Shown in pieces: positions 48,579 through 58,968 of a stretch of DNA of 64,000 nt (positions are counted from its first letter, which is position 1; each line of letters begins with the position of its first letter). The stretch is taken from the NCBI GenBank assembly GCA_041690295.1, contig JAWLHR010000004.1, positions 114,031-178,030 of the forward strand, in the 5' to 3' direction. The notes beneath the pieces were generated by a model. That model saw only the letters and a list, made by a program, of their open reading frames with translations. It made no database searches and had not been told where the DNA came from. This stretch comes from Bdellovibrionales bacterium (GTDB lineage: Bacteria > Bdellovibrionota > Bdellovibrionia > Bdellovibrionales > UBA1609). A program made the position numbers and the translations under genes.

Positions 48579-51500
48579 GCGCGCGACTTTGATATTCCTG
48601 GTTTTCAGTCTCCTCGTGGCCTGCACGAAAGCGGACCAGAAACCCGACGGCGTCAACGGCAATCAGGGCGAAGAAAGCACGGCCACGTTTTTGATCAAGA
48701 GCATCTCCGGCGGCGGAGAACGCCATCACGTGAACGCGAAAGTGGAATTGCGCGACGGCCGTCCGGTGGTGAAGATGGACCGGGAAGCGCCCGAGCGTTC
48801 GTCGTGGCGGATTCCTGAAGCGGCCTCGTTCGTGTTCACGGCGTGTATCGAGGATCGCGCCAGCGGATCGCCCGCCCGGGGCCATAAGTTCGAAGTCCAG
48901 ATTCCGGAAAAGAAATCGACAATTCTTGATGTCTTGCCCACGCGGCCTGACGGATGCTTCACGTGGATGGAAACCATTCCTTTCTCATTCTTCGTGAAAA
49001 ACAGCCGTTGGGTCGTCGTGGAGCGGGATATCGTTGGAACAGGTGTTCATTCAGGCCGGCGCCGCGTGCGCTTGGCGATCAATCCTTGGGCGGTTGGTAA
49101 AGGTTCGCGGGATGACGGACCCGAGGTTCTCTTCTTGCGCGACAAAATGGTTCCGCAGGAGCAACTCGTGGGACCGGAACTCGCCGAAAAAGCCTTGAGC
49201 GGAGAATTGCAGGGCCAGGACGAGTTGCTGGTGGACTCGGTTTCCATTCAGTCCATTCGAAAAAGCGAGCGCATGACGGGCACCTTCGTTCAGATGAACA
49301 TCGACATGGAACCCAAGGTGCGTTTCGAGGACGCGGCTGGGGAGCCGGGTTGGTACAAGATCAAATCCGGTGAGTTCGCGGTTGTCGCCCATCTTGTGGT
49401 GTCGGAGACCGGACCGGATTTAAGTTCCCATTATATTCTTGGCGCCGGTAAAGGACTGGAAGGGGCGCGTGATGAGGACGGGATCACCGGTTTCGGCCGG
49501 GTGGAAGACGGTAAACTGATTCTTCGTCTCAACACATGGATCGAGGAGAAATTCCCCCAGGGTAATCTGCGTTTGGCTCTAAGGCTGATTCCCAAAGGCG
49601 TTCGCGGGCTGGCTCCGTTCGAAGGCATTTATGAGCTGGGGGCTTTGCGCAATCTCTCCAGCTCCTATTCCGGTGATCTGATCAAAGAATGCCGGGATCA
49701 AGTTGGCGGTTGTCAGGTTTCGACGTATCTCAAATCAGCGGAAAACTATAAAGCCGCGCGCAAAGAATTTTTAGAGGCCGCGAACACGCCCTATCTGTTT
49801 GATCGGGTGAATCTGCGTTACATTCAGGTGCTTCCCTACGGTGAAACCGCCACGCAAAGAATCGTGGCCTATCGCGCGTCCACTTGCGTGGTCGATCGTT
49901 TTACCGGTGAGAAAGTCGTGGGGATGGAATTTAAGATCCATTTCCTGGATAACCCCAACAAACCTCCGGAGACCAAGAAGACTCTGGCGGACGGGTGTCT
50001 GTCATGGAACTCTGAAATTTGGCACGAGTACTACCAACCGGAACAGTTCTTTGAAATCAAGGTGGCTCTGGAAAAGAGCCGGGACTTCAAGCAGACTCTG
50101 AAATTCTACATCAATCCTTGGGATGATAAGTTCACGTTCGGATTCGACGAGGCCGATTTCCCGGCCGGTCTCCGCCGTCAAAAGAAGATCAAGTCCCGCT
50201 TTTTCTTGGCCGATTACGGTTATCACACGGTTCGTTTCCAATACAATATCGACTCCTTAATGGCTCTGGATGTTCGAAAAACCGTCCTGATGGAACTTCA
50301 GCCCATGGTGCTGCGTTATTCCGGTATTGTCGATGGCCGGAAAATGACCGAACCGCTACGTGATGGTATTTATCTGATGAAAGTGGCCATTCAGAAGAAC
50401 TATCTGGATCCCGCGACGGCCGGAGTGGTGGTGGATCAGTTGCAAGACAACCAAACCATGCTCCGGCTGGCGAATGAAACGCCTGACAAGGAAGCCCGCC
50501 GCACGCTGAATCGTCTGCGTGAAATGGGAATTCACGCGAAAACCAAAGAGTACATTTCCACCCAAACCACGCTCGTGCGTGTGACCGACGGGGTGATCAT
50601 CCAGCCGGTTGAGTTGACCATGCAGGACCTGCGCATGATGCGTATGCGGGCGAATTTTCTGATCCAGCTTGAGCCGGTTGATGAACACAAATTGTGGGCT
50701 CATAACAAGCTTCAGGAAGGTGTCGGCAAATCCATCGACCAGTTGCTTGAGACGAATAAGAAACTGAATCAGCTGCAAAAGAAGATGCGCGAGGAAAACC
50801 TGACCGACGGCGAGCGCGAGCGGCTGCAAAAAGAGATATCCGATTTGACGGTTCTCAAAACGCGTTTGGGAGAACAGTTCTACCGCCGTCTGGAGGTCTT
50901 CAGAAAACTTTTTCAGACCATCAACGAACAGTTGAGCACGCGAAACACGTACTCTCTGAGCTTGGAAAACTTTGATATCAATCCCGATCATCCGGACTAC
51001 CAGTACATCGCGACCTTGTTCAAGGAATTGGATCTCCAGATGAGCGCCAATGACTTTACGAGCGTCATGTTGCCCTCGTGTTACGACATCAATTGCGACG
51101 ATCTTGTCGACGTCGATTCAGGGCTGGATAAAAGAACCTTTGTGGGTCCGGTGATCTTCATTCATAACGGTTACAAAGATTCGGTTCGAGCCACGGACAA
51201 TCTCGACGAGGCCAATTGTGATCCCAAATTGAAGAAGAGTAATGGCTCCGGCGATCAACGCGCGCCGGAATACGATGAGGACGACGAAGAAGTAAAGAAA
51301 ATCGAGGAAAAGCTTCGCGTTTTGCAAAGAAAAATGTTCCTTGAAAGCGAAGACAAGGTGAAAAAGGAACGCCATAACACGCTCTACAAGCATAGCGAGT
51401 ACTTCGGCTCCTTACGGCATCTCTGCTACAAAGACGTCGATTACCTGATCAGAAAGGAACGTGAGGATCTGCTGCTTTACGAAAAGAGCGGTCCGGCGGT

Positions 51501-52947
51501 GGCGTCCATTTACAATTTCGCCAACACATTCAAGCTGAATTTTCTCTCACTGGCCGATGAGCGCTTGAAGCATGTCGAGGCCACGCCGGAAAACATCACG
51601 CGATGCAATTATGATCTGGTCTCCTGCATGGAGGAGACGTCGGAAACGCTCAAGCTTTGGATTCCCACCGAGACCGCGCTCAATGCGCTCAATCAGAACC
51701 TGCGGGTCAGTCGGGTAAATATGGCGGCGCCGTTCCGTTGGTTTGTCAAAAATCCGGATGACGTCAAACCCGAAAATTGGACCGCCGAGGACTTCAGGTC
51801 GGCTCTCTTTGACACCAAAGAAAATGCCTCATCGTCTTATGATAGCAAGAGTCCTCGGGCGCTCCACGTGGCCGCCTGCAGCTTGATGACCTACAACATG
51901 GTTGAGTCGGTTCATCGCGAAGGCGGTCAGGCTCCGGTAACTTCCACCTGGGATCAAGTGCAAAACCGGCTTTTCCTCATGTGCCTCAACGATCCTGAGG
52001 CCTTGATGTACGATCGTAAACTTCGCGTCTTCAAAACCGGTGACGAGCAGCAATCGTATATTTTCCTCGGCGGTATGCAGCTCAATCTGAACGTGGGACA
52101 AAGTTTTTCCGTCTCGCGATCGGAAAGCTGGAGCTGGTCTTATGGAGCTGAAGGATTTGATTTCATCGCCTGGGGCGGAAAAGCCATGGGCGGAATCAAT
52201 GTGCTCCTTAAGCCGTTCAATCTCAAGCTCGGTAAGTCGCATGGTATGTCCAGCTCGGAAGGAACCTCGATTTCGGATTCCACATATCTGGTGTCGCAGA
52301 TCGCGGGATTTAACGTGCAGCTTGAAGAGTACGAACGGTGTGTGATCATGCGTTTCAACACCGGTTTCGCTCGAAGGGCGTTTGGGGACCGATACATGAA
52401 CGGTTCCCAAGTCGTGCATGTGGCTCCAACTCATATGGATTCGCGCTGGGTTCGAATGAATTCCTCTTTAATTGATCCGGAAAAGGGCGTTTTGGTTTGT
52501 GAAGGCGTTCGCAGCCATAAACCCAAAACGGTTAAGGAAAGCTACTACTATTTCACTCAGCACTTCACCGAAGGGGATATGCTCGACCAAGCGGATCTTT
52601 ACAATCACCCGTGGCTGTTGGCGCTTCGGGGACAACGCGATTTCGGAGTGTTCTTGAGCCGTATTCGCCAGCAAGAAGGCGTCTCTCTCGGTAACTTCAT
52701 TAATGGGGTTTGGAACGGCAGCCAAAGAAAGTTGGAGTGGCCGCTGGAGCACATGCTTCAACTTTATAAGAAGATCACACCCAGCTGGCCCGGATTTTAT
52801 ACCGAGTTGGATCCTTCCGAATTCGGCACCGAACTGCCGCTTGAGCGCAGTATGTCCAAAGTGGATAAAGACATTAACTGTGAGGCGATAAGTTCGGATC
52901 GAAGGAAGCCGGATGACCGATGTAGACCCGCAGCAAATGGTCAGTGA
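48565..52947 (+). CDS. Very large (1460 aa) lipoprotein
   Basis: Lipobox LVAC; two DGC..W…I…INPW repeats, coiled coil, Ser-rich beta-hairpin segment. Confidence 0.8.
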   Translation: MHRSERATLIFLVFSLLVACTKADQKPDGVNGNQGEESTATFLIKSISGGGERHHVNAKVELRDGRPVVKMDREAPERSSWRIPEAASFVFTACIEDRASGSPARGHKFEVQIPEKKSTILDVLPTRPDGCFTWMETIPFSFFVKNSRWVVVERDIVGTGVHSGRRRVRLAINPWAVGKGSRDDGPEVLFLRDKMVPQEQLVGPELAEKALSGELQGQDELLVDSVSIQSIRKSERMTGTFVQMNIDMEPKVRFEDAAGEPGWYKIKSGEFAVVAHLVVSETGPDLSSHYILGAGKGLEGARDEDGITGFGRVEDGKLILRLNTWIEEKFPQGNLRLALRLIPKGVRGLAPFEGIYELGALRNLSSSYSGDLIKECRDQVGGCQVSTYLKSAENYKAARKEFLEAANTPYLFDRVNLRYIQVLPYGETATQRIVAYRASTCVVDRFTGEKVVGMEFKIHFLDNPNKPPETKKTLADGCLSWNSEIWHEYYQPEQFFEIKVALEKSRDFKQTLKFYINPWDDKFTFGFDEADFPAGLRRQKKIKSRFFLADYGYHTVRFQYNIDSLMALDVRKTVLMELQPMVLRYSGIVDGRKMTEPLRDGIYLMKVAIQKNYLDPATAGVVVDQLQDNQTMLRLANETPDKEARRTLNRLREMGIHAKTKEYISTQTTLVRVTDGVIIQPVELTMQDLRMMRMRANFLIQLEPVDEHKLWAHNKLQEGVGKSIDQLLETNKKLNQLQKKMREENLTDGERERLQKEISDLTVLKTRLGEQFYRRLEVFRKLFQTINEQLSTRNTYSLSLENFDINPDHPDYQYIATLFKELDLQMSANDFTSVMLPSCYDINCDDLVDVDSGLDKRTFVGPVIFIHNGYKDSVRATDNLDEANCDPKLKKSNGSGDQRAPEYDEDDEEVKKIEEKLRVLQRKMFLESEDKVKKERHNTLYKHSEYFGSLRHLCYKDVDYLIRKEREDLLLYEKSGPAVASIYNFANTFKLNFLSLADERLKHVEATPENITRCNYDLVSCMEETSETLKLWIPTETALNALNQNLRVSRVNMAAPFRWFVKNPDDVKPENWTAEDFRSALFDTKENASSSYDSKSPRALHVAACSLMTYNMVESVHREGGQAPVTSTWDQVQNRLFLMCLNDPEALMYDRKLRVFKTGDEQQSYIFLGGMQLNLNVGQSFSVSRSESWSWSYGAEGFDFIAWGGKAMGGINVLLKPFNLKLGKSHGMSSSEGTSISDSTYLVSQIAGFNVQLEEYERCVIMRFNTGFARRAFGDRYMNGSQVVHVAPTHMDSRWVRMNSSLIDPEKGVLVCEGVRSHKPKTVKESYYYFTQHFTEGDMLDQADLYNHPWLLALRGQRDFGVFLSRIRQQEGVSLGNFINGVWNGSQRKLEWPLEHMLQLYKKITPSWPGFYTELDPSEFGTELPLERSMSKVDKDINCEAISSDRRKPDDRCRPAANGQ

Positions 52948-54175
52948 GGCGCCGGGTGGCGCCGAGCCGGCGGGCAAAAGCTTCGATGATTTGTTTTTCC
53001 CTGGAAGCCGGATTTTCTTCAAGAAGACCTTCTAAAACCGCTCGCATTTGATTGGCGTCACCGACCGGTTGGACCGCCTTGTATCGTCCAACTTGAATTT
53101 GCGTGAACTCCAAAGCTTCGCGGTTATTGGTGTGATACGGGCCGACCAGAGTGGATAGCCCCGCGCCGAGCGGCTCCATCACTGAATGAACCGTGCGTTT
53201 GAATGAACCGCCCACGAACGCGAAGTCGCCCCATTGATAAAGCTCCGCCAGAACTCCGGTTTTATCCACAAGCAGAACCTCGGCCTTCGACCAATCATTT
53301 TGCTCGCTGAAAAGGGTCCATTTTAAGCCATGGGCTTTCAGTTTGGATTGGAGCTGGGCGAGATGAGCGTCGGTCGGCTCATGGGGGACCAAGATCATCT
53401 GCATTCTTTTTTGCCTCAATAGTTCCGAGGTCGCTTGCAGAAGGACTTTTTCATCTTCAGGCCAGGTCGATCCGGCCACCAGGCATGGGCGCGAGGGGGC
53501 GAGAGTCTCGGGCAGAGTTTGCCCGTGCATCAAGCGGTGATGAACCTGATCGTAACGGGTGTCCCCCGAAATCACGGCGTGCCCGATGCCCAAGGCTTTC
53601 AAGTTGTCCAGATCCGCGGCGCTCACGCAATGAATCTCATTCATTTGTGAAAGGAGCCAACGCTTCAAGCCTCGAGCCAAGGGATTGATGCGGGAGGGAT
53701 CCTTTTGCGTCATGGAGAACAGGAGAAGCGGAATTTTTCGAAGTCGCGCCTGATGAATCATTTCGGGCCAAAGATCCGTGCGCGAGATGAGCCAACAGCG
53801 CGGCCGCCATTTCTTGATGAAACCCGCGCAAGGCCCGGGCAAATCGAGCGGCAAAGGCAAAGCCAGATCGACGCCGGGGAATTTTTCGATGGATCTTTGG
53901 AACGACGGTGAAGAATAAGTCACCAAAATCGGAATATCGGGCCGGCGCTGTTTGAGTTCGCGAACCACGGCTTTGGCGTACTCAAATTCACCCGATGCCG
54001 CGTGAATCCAGATGGGTTGATCGAGTTTCGGCAGGTTTCGCCGGACACGCAGTTTCAACTCGAAAAATCCGCGAAGCTTGCGATTGAAAGGCGCGGCCAA
54101 CAAAGCGAGGGGCATAAGAATTCCGACGCCCGCGCGGTACATCAACAGCTTAATGCGCGTGTTCGCAGTCATCAT
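52874..54175 (-). CDS. waaA: Kdo transferase
   Basis: IWIHAASGE, PLD, DLWP, GDTRYD, AGSTWPEDE, VPHEP, AFVGGS, HSVMEP. Confidence 0.9.
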   Translation of the reverse strand: MMTANTRIKLLMYRAGVGILMPLALLAAPFNRKLRGFFELKLRVRRNLPKLDQPIWIHAASGEFEYAKAVVRELKQRRPDIPILVTYSSPSFQRSIEKFPGVDLALPLPLDLPGPCAGFIKKWRPRCWLISRTDLWPEMIHQARLRKIPLLLFSMTQKDPSRINPLARGLKRWLLSQMNEIHCVSAADLDNLKALGIGHAVISGDTRYDQVHHRLMHGQTLPETLAPSRPCLVAGSTWPEDEKVLLQATSELLRQKRMQMILVPHEPTDAHLAQLQSKLKAHGLKWTLFSEQNDWSKAEVLLVDKTGVLAELYQWGDFAFVGGSFKRTVHSVMEPLGAGLSTLVGPYHTNNREALEFTQIQVGRYKAVQPVGDANQMRAVLEGLLEENPASREKQIIEAFARRLGATRRLTDHLLRVYIGHPASFDPNLSPHS

Positions 54176-55058
54176 GGCAATGCTCGGCCGTTGATTCGAC
54201 TTCGATCGTGACGTGGCAGTCCCCAAGAACGCGACTGATTTGGCGAATCTGCGATTTCACCGCTTCCGCCTGATTTAAATCGTGCAAGACCACATGGAGC
54301 GAAAGAATATGGCGGACCCCATCGAGGCTCCAAAAATGCACGTCGTGGGTTTCAAAAACATTCTCCAGGCTTTCCACTTGATCCCGAAAAGCTCTGAGCG
54401 CCGTTGGATTGGGATTTCCTTGTAAAAACAAATTCACGGTTTGCGAGAGAGAGCGGAAAACGTTGAACAGGACGAAAGCGGAAATCCCCAGGGCCAGAAC
54501 CGGATCCAACCAATTCCATTTGAACAGCCAGATAAAAATGCTTCCCACTAAAACCGCGATCCACCCCAAAACATCTTCGATGAGATGCCATTTCAGCATT
54601 TTTTCGTTTTGGGTGAGACCTTGGCTCATGCGCCAGGCCGCGAACCCGTTGACCGCGATGCCAAGAATCGCCAGTCCCATCATTCCCAAGCCCACCGGTT
54701 CGCGGGGTTCATGAAATGCGGACACGGCCTCGACACCTATAAAAACGGCGCCGGTGGAAATGACCAGGCCGGAGATGAACGCCGACAGCAGGGACAAGCG
54801 CCTTAAACCATAGCTGAAGTTCTCGCTCGGGCCCTGGGTGGATTTTTGTTGGAGCACGTAACCCACACCGAGGCTTATGGCATCTCCGAAATCATGGAGC
54901 GCGTCCGACATGACGGCGAGACTCTGAGTCCACCATCCCCCCACAAGCTCGATGGCGGCGAAGAGAAGATTCAGCCAAAAAGCGAGCCCGATGTTGCGCA
55001 CGCTTGAGTCAGGCGTGTGGTGAAAATGATGGTGGTGGGGCGCTGGTCCGTGGGCCAT
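54150..55058 (-). CDS. Cation diffusion facilitator (Zn/Co/Cd efflux, CzcD-like)
   Basis: His-rich N-terminus, SDALHDFGD, WHLIEDVLGW, HDVHFWSLDG. Confidence 0.92.
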   Translation of the reverse strand: MAHGPAPHHHHFHHTPDSSVRNIGLAFWLNLLFAAIELVGGWWTQSLAVMSDALHDFGDAISLGVGYVLQQKSTQGPSENFSYGLRRLSLLSAFISGLVISTGAVFIGVEAVSAFHEPREPVGLGMMGLAILGIAVNGFAAWRMSQGLTQNEKMLKWHLIEDVLGWIAVLVGSIFIWLFKWNWLDPVLALGISAFVLFNVFRSLSQTVNLFLQGNPNPTALRAFRDQVESLENVFETHDVHFWSLDGVRHILSLHVVLHDLNQAEAVKSQIRQISRVLGDCHVTIEVESTAEHCHDDCEHAH

Positions 55059-55088
55059 GGGCCATTATCAGACTCACGGCCGAATGGG

Positions 55089-56189
55089 TCAAGGTTTGGC
55101 CGGTTCCAGTCGTCGCGAGTCGATGGACAGCAGCGCGCGTGGCTCCAATTCGATCGGCGGCAGATAGTAGTACTGGCTGGCCGGAACCTCGATGGGAATC
55201 CGAATGACGTAACCGTCGGTCATGATGAATTTTGTAAACTCATCATTCACCTGATTTTGCAGGAATCCGGGTTGCCGCGACCATGAGTCAAATTGTGACC
55301 AACTCATCTGCCCACTGGATATGGCGTACATCAGGTAATACTTGTAGGCGGAGATAATGAAAACCTCCGCGTCCGCCGGTGTCAGAACATAGCGGTGCAA
55401 TTCTTCGCGAAGAGCCGAAAGTCGCGTATAAAGCTTGTCATACGGGAAGATGGTACTCTCTCCGACGTTGTCCAGGTACTCGAGAAATTCGTCGATCGAT
55501 CGAACTTGGGCCGGAAGATTGTAGCGGTTGCGATGAATCAAGCGTTGGATCGCTTCTGGCTGCCATTTGGCGAAAAATCGAATCAAGGTTCTCGTGGTGT
55601 TAAACCTTGGAAGTGTATAGCCGTACTCCCGCGCGAAATTATCATTGAGGCGAATGGAGGAGAGCCGGCGGAACATCGATAAATGATCGGCCCGTCCGTC
55701 GGACTCCCGCGCGACGATACGAAAACCCACGCTATGGGCTGGATCAAAAAAAGCCGCGAAATAATCATAGCGCGCTTGGAAATCCGATGGAATCGGCCCT
55801 TCCGGTGGATCGTCCTCGGGATCGACCGCGAGAATATTCATCAGTTCGATGCGATTCAAAATCAGATCAATTCCTCTGAGGACCTCGGGAGAAAACTTAA
55901 AGTCCTTATCGATGGGGTAAATTTCCTGAATCCGGCTCAGCATTCGCCCCAGATTCTCGTGGCTGAGTTGAGCCAGATCGGCGGCCGCGGTGAGGTTAAA
56001 AACATTGCTTTCGGAAACCGGTTTCATTTTCGCCAGATCAAGGGCCAAGGCCATGGCCCGTTGCCCAGCAGTCACATACTTAGAATCCGGCTTGGCTTGG
56101 CTGATGAGATGGATTTGGCAGCCAAGCGAGGGCATTGCGAGCGAGGGCATGGATAGGAAGGAAAGAAGCAAGACAAGGGCTATACGCAT
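55089..56189 (-). CDS. Secreted hypothetical protein
   Basis: Start at MRIALVLLLSFLSMPSLA (signal peptide); the longer ORF extension is antisense to the OmpA gene. Confidence 0.65.
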   Translation of the reverse strand: MRIALVLLLSFLSMPSLAMPSLGCQIHLISQAKPDSKYVTAGQRAMALALDLAKMKPVSESNVFNLTAAADLAQLSHENLGRMLSRIQEIYPIDKDFKFSPEVLRGIDLILNRIELMNILAVDPEDDPPEGPIPSDFQARYDYFAAFFDPAHSVGFRIVARESDGRADHLSMFRRLSSIRLNDNFAREYGYTLPRFNTTRTLIRFFAKWQPEAIQRLIHRNRYNLPAQVRSIDEFLEYLDNVGESTIFPYDKLYTRLSALREELHRYVLTPADAEVFIISAYKYYLMYAISSGQMSWSQFDSWSRQPGFLQNQVNDEFTKFIMTDGYVIRIPIEVPASQYYYLPPIELEPRALLSIDSRRLEPAKP

Positions 56190-56345
56190 ACTTGGGCTCT
56201 GCCATAGTTGACGCAATTGATCAATCTGAATTGGCCCTTTGATGATTATTTTCAAAGTCCATAAGCGATGTTCATGACCGTCATCAATATGGACAATGGC
56301 CCGCAAACTCGTTTCAATTATAAGGCATATAGAGTGGGAGGATCT

Positions 56346-56990
56346 ATGAAACGAGTACCTATATTGGTGGCTGTTCTTTCGGGCGCCATCGTGATCTCTG
56401 GATGCGAATCTGCGGGTAAAAACACGGCGGTCGGCGCTGGGGTCGGTGCCGCGGCCGGCGGCGTTTTGGGTGCGGTCATCGGTCACCAAACAGGCAATCG
56501 TGGCAAAGGCGCGGCGATCGGTGCGGTTCTGGGCGGTGCCATTGGGGGCGCGGTCGGACACCGTATGGATAAGCAAGCCAAAGAACTCGCAAAGCTCGCG
56601 GAGACCAAGAGGACTGAGCAGGGCATTATCACCAAGCTGAAGAGCGATATTCTTTTTGATTCCGGAAAAGCCGATTTGAAGCCCGCGGCGACGGAAAACC
56701 TTTTTAAGATGGCGGCGATTCTTAAGAAATATCCTGAAAACGTCTTAACGATTAAAGGCTACACGGATAGCACGGGATCGGCTTCGCTGAACCAGACGTT
56801 GTCCCATCAACGCGCGCTCGCGGTGAAAACTCAATTGGCGGCGGGCGGTGTTCCTCCGGAATCAATCACGGCGGTAGGAATGGGACCGGCCAATCCAGTG
56901 GCTGATAACTCGACGGCCCAAGGCCGCGCGCAGAACCGCCGGGTTGAAATTGAAATCACGGTGGACGAATCCAAAGTTCCGAAGAGCTAA
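56346..56990 (+). CDS. OmpA-family lipoprotein with glycine zipper
   Basis: Lipobox ISGC, GAxxGA zipper, GYTDSTG…NQTLS..RA, NRRVEI. Confidence 0.92.
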   Translation: MKRVPILVAVLSGAIVISGCESAGKNTAVGAGVGAAAGGVLGAVIGHQTGNRGKGAAIGAVLGGAIGGAVGHRMDKQAKELAKLAETKRTEQGIITKLKSDILFDSGKADLKPAATENLFKMAAILKKYPENVLTIKGYTDSTGSASLNQTLSHQRALAVKTQLAAGGVPPESITAVGMGPANPVADNSTAQGRAQNRRVEIEITVDESKVPKS

Positions 56991-57025
56991 TGACCATTCG
57001 GCCGCGGCGTCCGCCGTGGCCGACC

Positions 57026-58153
57026 TTATCGGTAAACACCGCCGGCGTTGAAGTAGGATGTGCCGTCGGTGCCGCCCCAAATGATCATCGAGTTTCCGGT
57101 CCAAACGGCGGTGTGACCGGCCCGTGCGGTCGGCGCATTGGCTGTGGAAACTGGAGTCCACTGGCCGTCACCTTCAGTGGCCGCGGGAGCGAACACGCCG
57201 CCATCATTCAAGTAGTTGGTGGTCACACCATAATTGACTCCACCCCAAACGATCATCGCCTGACCCGTCCACACCGCGGAATGTTCAGTGCGGTTCGAAG
57301 GCGTTGTGGGTGAGAGAGCCAAACCGGTGAACAGCAAGCTTTGCGGATCTGGATTGAACGAATAGCCATCTTGTTGGGTGACGTTATTGCTCACGCCGCC
57401 GAAGATGATCATTCGGGTCCCGGTCCATACCGCCGAATGACCCATTCGACGGAGCACGGGATCGCCCGATAAAAGCGTCGTCCAGGGGAGATTCAGTGGA
57501 TACTGGCCGCCGTCGCTGAAACCCATCGGGTTGGCGGCCGAGGTTCCACCCCAAACCAGCATGTAATTGCCGACCCAAATGGCCGAGTGTTGTGTCCGAG
57601 CGGTAAGGCCATCGATGTACTGTAATGCCGACCAGGTGTTCGTTGCCGGATCATAGGCGGCCCCATCATTGAGTTCCGCAGTTCCATTGTGTCCGCCCCA
57701 AATGATCATGCGGTCACCCGTCCAAACGGCACTGTGTCCGAAGCGGGCCGAAGGGGCGCCGGTGGAAGAGATCGCGGTCCAAGTGCCATCTTGCGGGTTG
57801 AAGGACGCGCCATCGCCGAACGGTGCTCCGCCCGCATGACCACCGAAAATAATCATACGATTACCGGTCCACACCGCCGAATGGGCCGTGCGGGCCGCCG
57901 GCGGATTGGATTGCACGAGAGAAAGCCATTGATTTTGCAAAGGTGTTGGCGACGGATTGGGATTCGGGGTTGGATTCGGATTCGGATTTGGGTTCGGCGT
58001 GGGAGATGGTGGTGCCGATTGTAAGGTCACTCGTTTCGATGAAAGGCCTTTGTTTCCACAAGAGTTATAAAAAACGGCGATGATCGGGATAAGAACGATC
58101 GCGCAACCCGTACTTATCCATTTCCATGCTGATTTTGGCGACTGAGATGACAT
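57026..58153 (-). CDS. Kelch-repeat beta-propeller lipoprotein
   Basis: FYNSC, PN/PT linker, six R..HSAVWTG..MIIWGG repeats. Confidence 0.88.
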   Translation of the reverse strand: MSSQSPKSAWKWISTGCAIVLIPIIAVFYNSCGNKGLSSKRVTLQSAPPSPTPNPNPNPNPTPNPNPSPTPLQNQWLSLVQSNPPAARTAHSAVWTGNRMIIFGGHAGGAPFGDGASFNPQDGTWTAISSTGAPSARFGHSAVWTGDRMIIWGGHNGTAELNDGAAYDPATNTWSALQYIDGLTARTQHSAIWVGNYMLVWGGTSAANPMGFSDGGQYPLNLPWTTLLSGDPVLRRMGHSAVWTGTRMIIFGGVSNNVTQQDGYSFNPDPQSLLFTGLALSPTTPSNRTEHSAVWTGQAMIVWGGVNYGVTTNYLNDGGVFAPAATEGDGQWTPVSTANAPTARAGHTAVWTGNSMIIWGGTDGTSYFNAGGVYR

Positions 58154-58230
58154 AAAAATCCCCTTTTCTTGATTCTTAAAAAGAAATGGCTCGAGTGCAA
58201 TCGGGATGTTTCAAAGCGAGACGAAGAAAA

Positions 58231-58968
58231 TTAGAAAGCCACCGAGAGATAGGCCAACTGCGCTTTGGAACTGATCCAGGGAACGAAATGCCATGTGACC
58301 GTCGAAGATGAAGAATTCGATCTTCGATTCCAGTAGGAAACTCCAAGTCCGTAACTTATTCCCACGGTCGCGCCACCGACGATATCATGAAGGTAATGTT
58401 CATTGTCGTTGATCCGGCTGGCGCCGGTGAGAAGAGAAAGAGCGGTCGCGGGAAGTCCCCAGGCCCAACCATGCTCGGCCCAAACCACCGATGAAAAGGC
58501 GAACGCCGAGGCGCTATGACCCGAAGGAAATGACATATAATTGGCTTTGTTGGGACGTTCTTCATGGGCGATCAATTTGATCAGATAGTTGACCGAGATC
58601 GCGTAAGTCGAAGCGCGCGCCATCACACCGGCATGGCGTTTGTACTCCTCGTCGTCTGAGGCCCAATACATACCCATCATGGAGAGAATATAAACGCCGT
58701 TCGTGATGGCCTGACCGCCATAGTCTCCCCAGAGCGCCCAATCGCCCAGCGGCTTACGCTTGGACCATGAGTCCTGCAACGGATCCACGGTTTCATCGTC
58801 GAGAAGCAAAAGCAAGCCGGTGAGGGCCGTGCCGCCGATCAGCCAGGGGCGCGCGTCCGTGGTCCACGGTGAGGCCAGTTCGGCTTTCGCGGTTTCTTTC
58901 CAGGATTCGGCATGTACGATCGGAGAAACAAGCGTCAGAAGAATTAAACTAGAAATAAACTGTCGCAT
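58231..58968 (-). CDS. PAP2 family phosphatase
   Basis: K-X6-RP, PSGH, SR-X5-H-X3-D. Confidence 0.88.
   Translation of the reverse strand: MRQFISSLILLTLVSPIVHAESWKETAKAELASPWTTDARPWLIGGTALTGLLLLLDDETVDPLQDSWSKRKPLGDWALWGDYGGQAITNGVYILSMMGMYWASDDEEYKRHAGVMARASTYAISVNYLIKLIAHEERPNKANYMSFPSGHSASAFAFSSVVWAEHGWAWGLPATALSLLTGASRINDNEHYLHDIVGGATVGISYGLGVSYWNRRSNSSSSTVTWHFVPWISSKAQLAYLSVAF

Noticed and set aside
56190..56576. N-terminal extension of ORF 55089..56576
   Set aside because: Antisense shadow of the OmpA gene; a clear signal peptide begins at 56189.
57940..58015. GGATTC/GGATTT short tandem repeats as a CRISPR or VNTR locus
   Set aside because: They encode the Pro-Asn/Pro-Thr linker of the kelch lipoprotein; no spacers and no cas genes.
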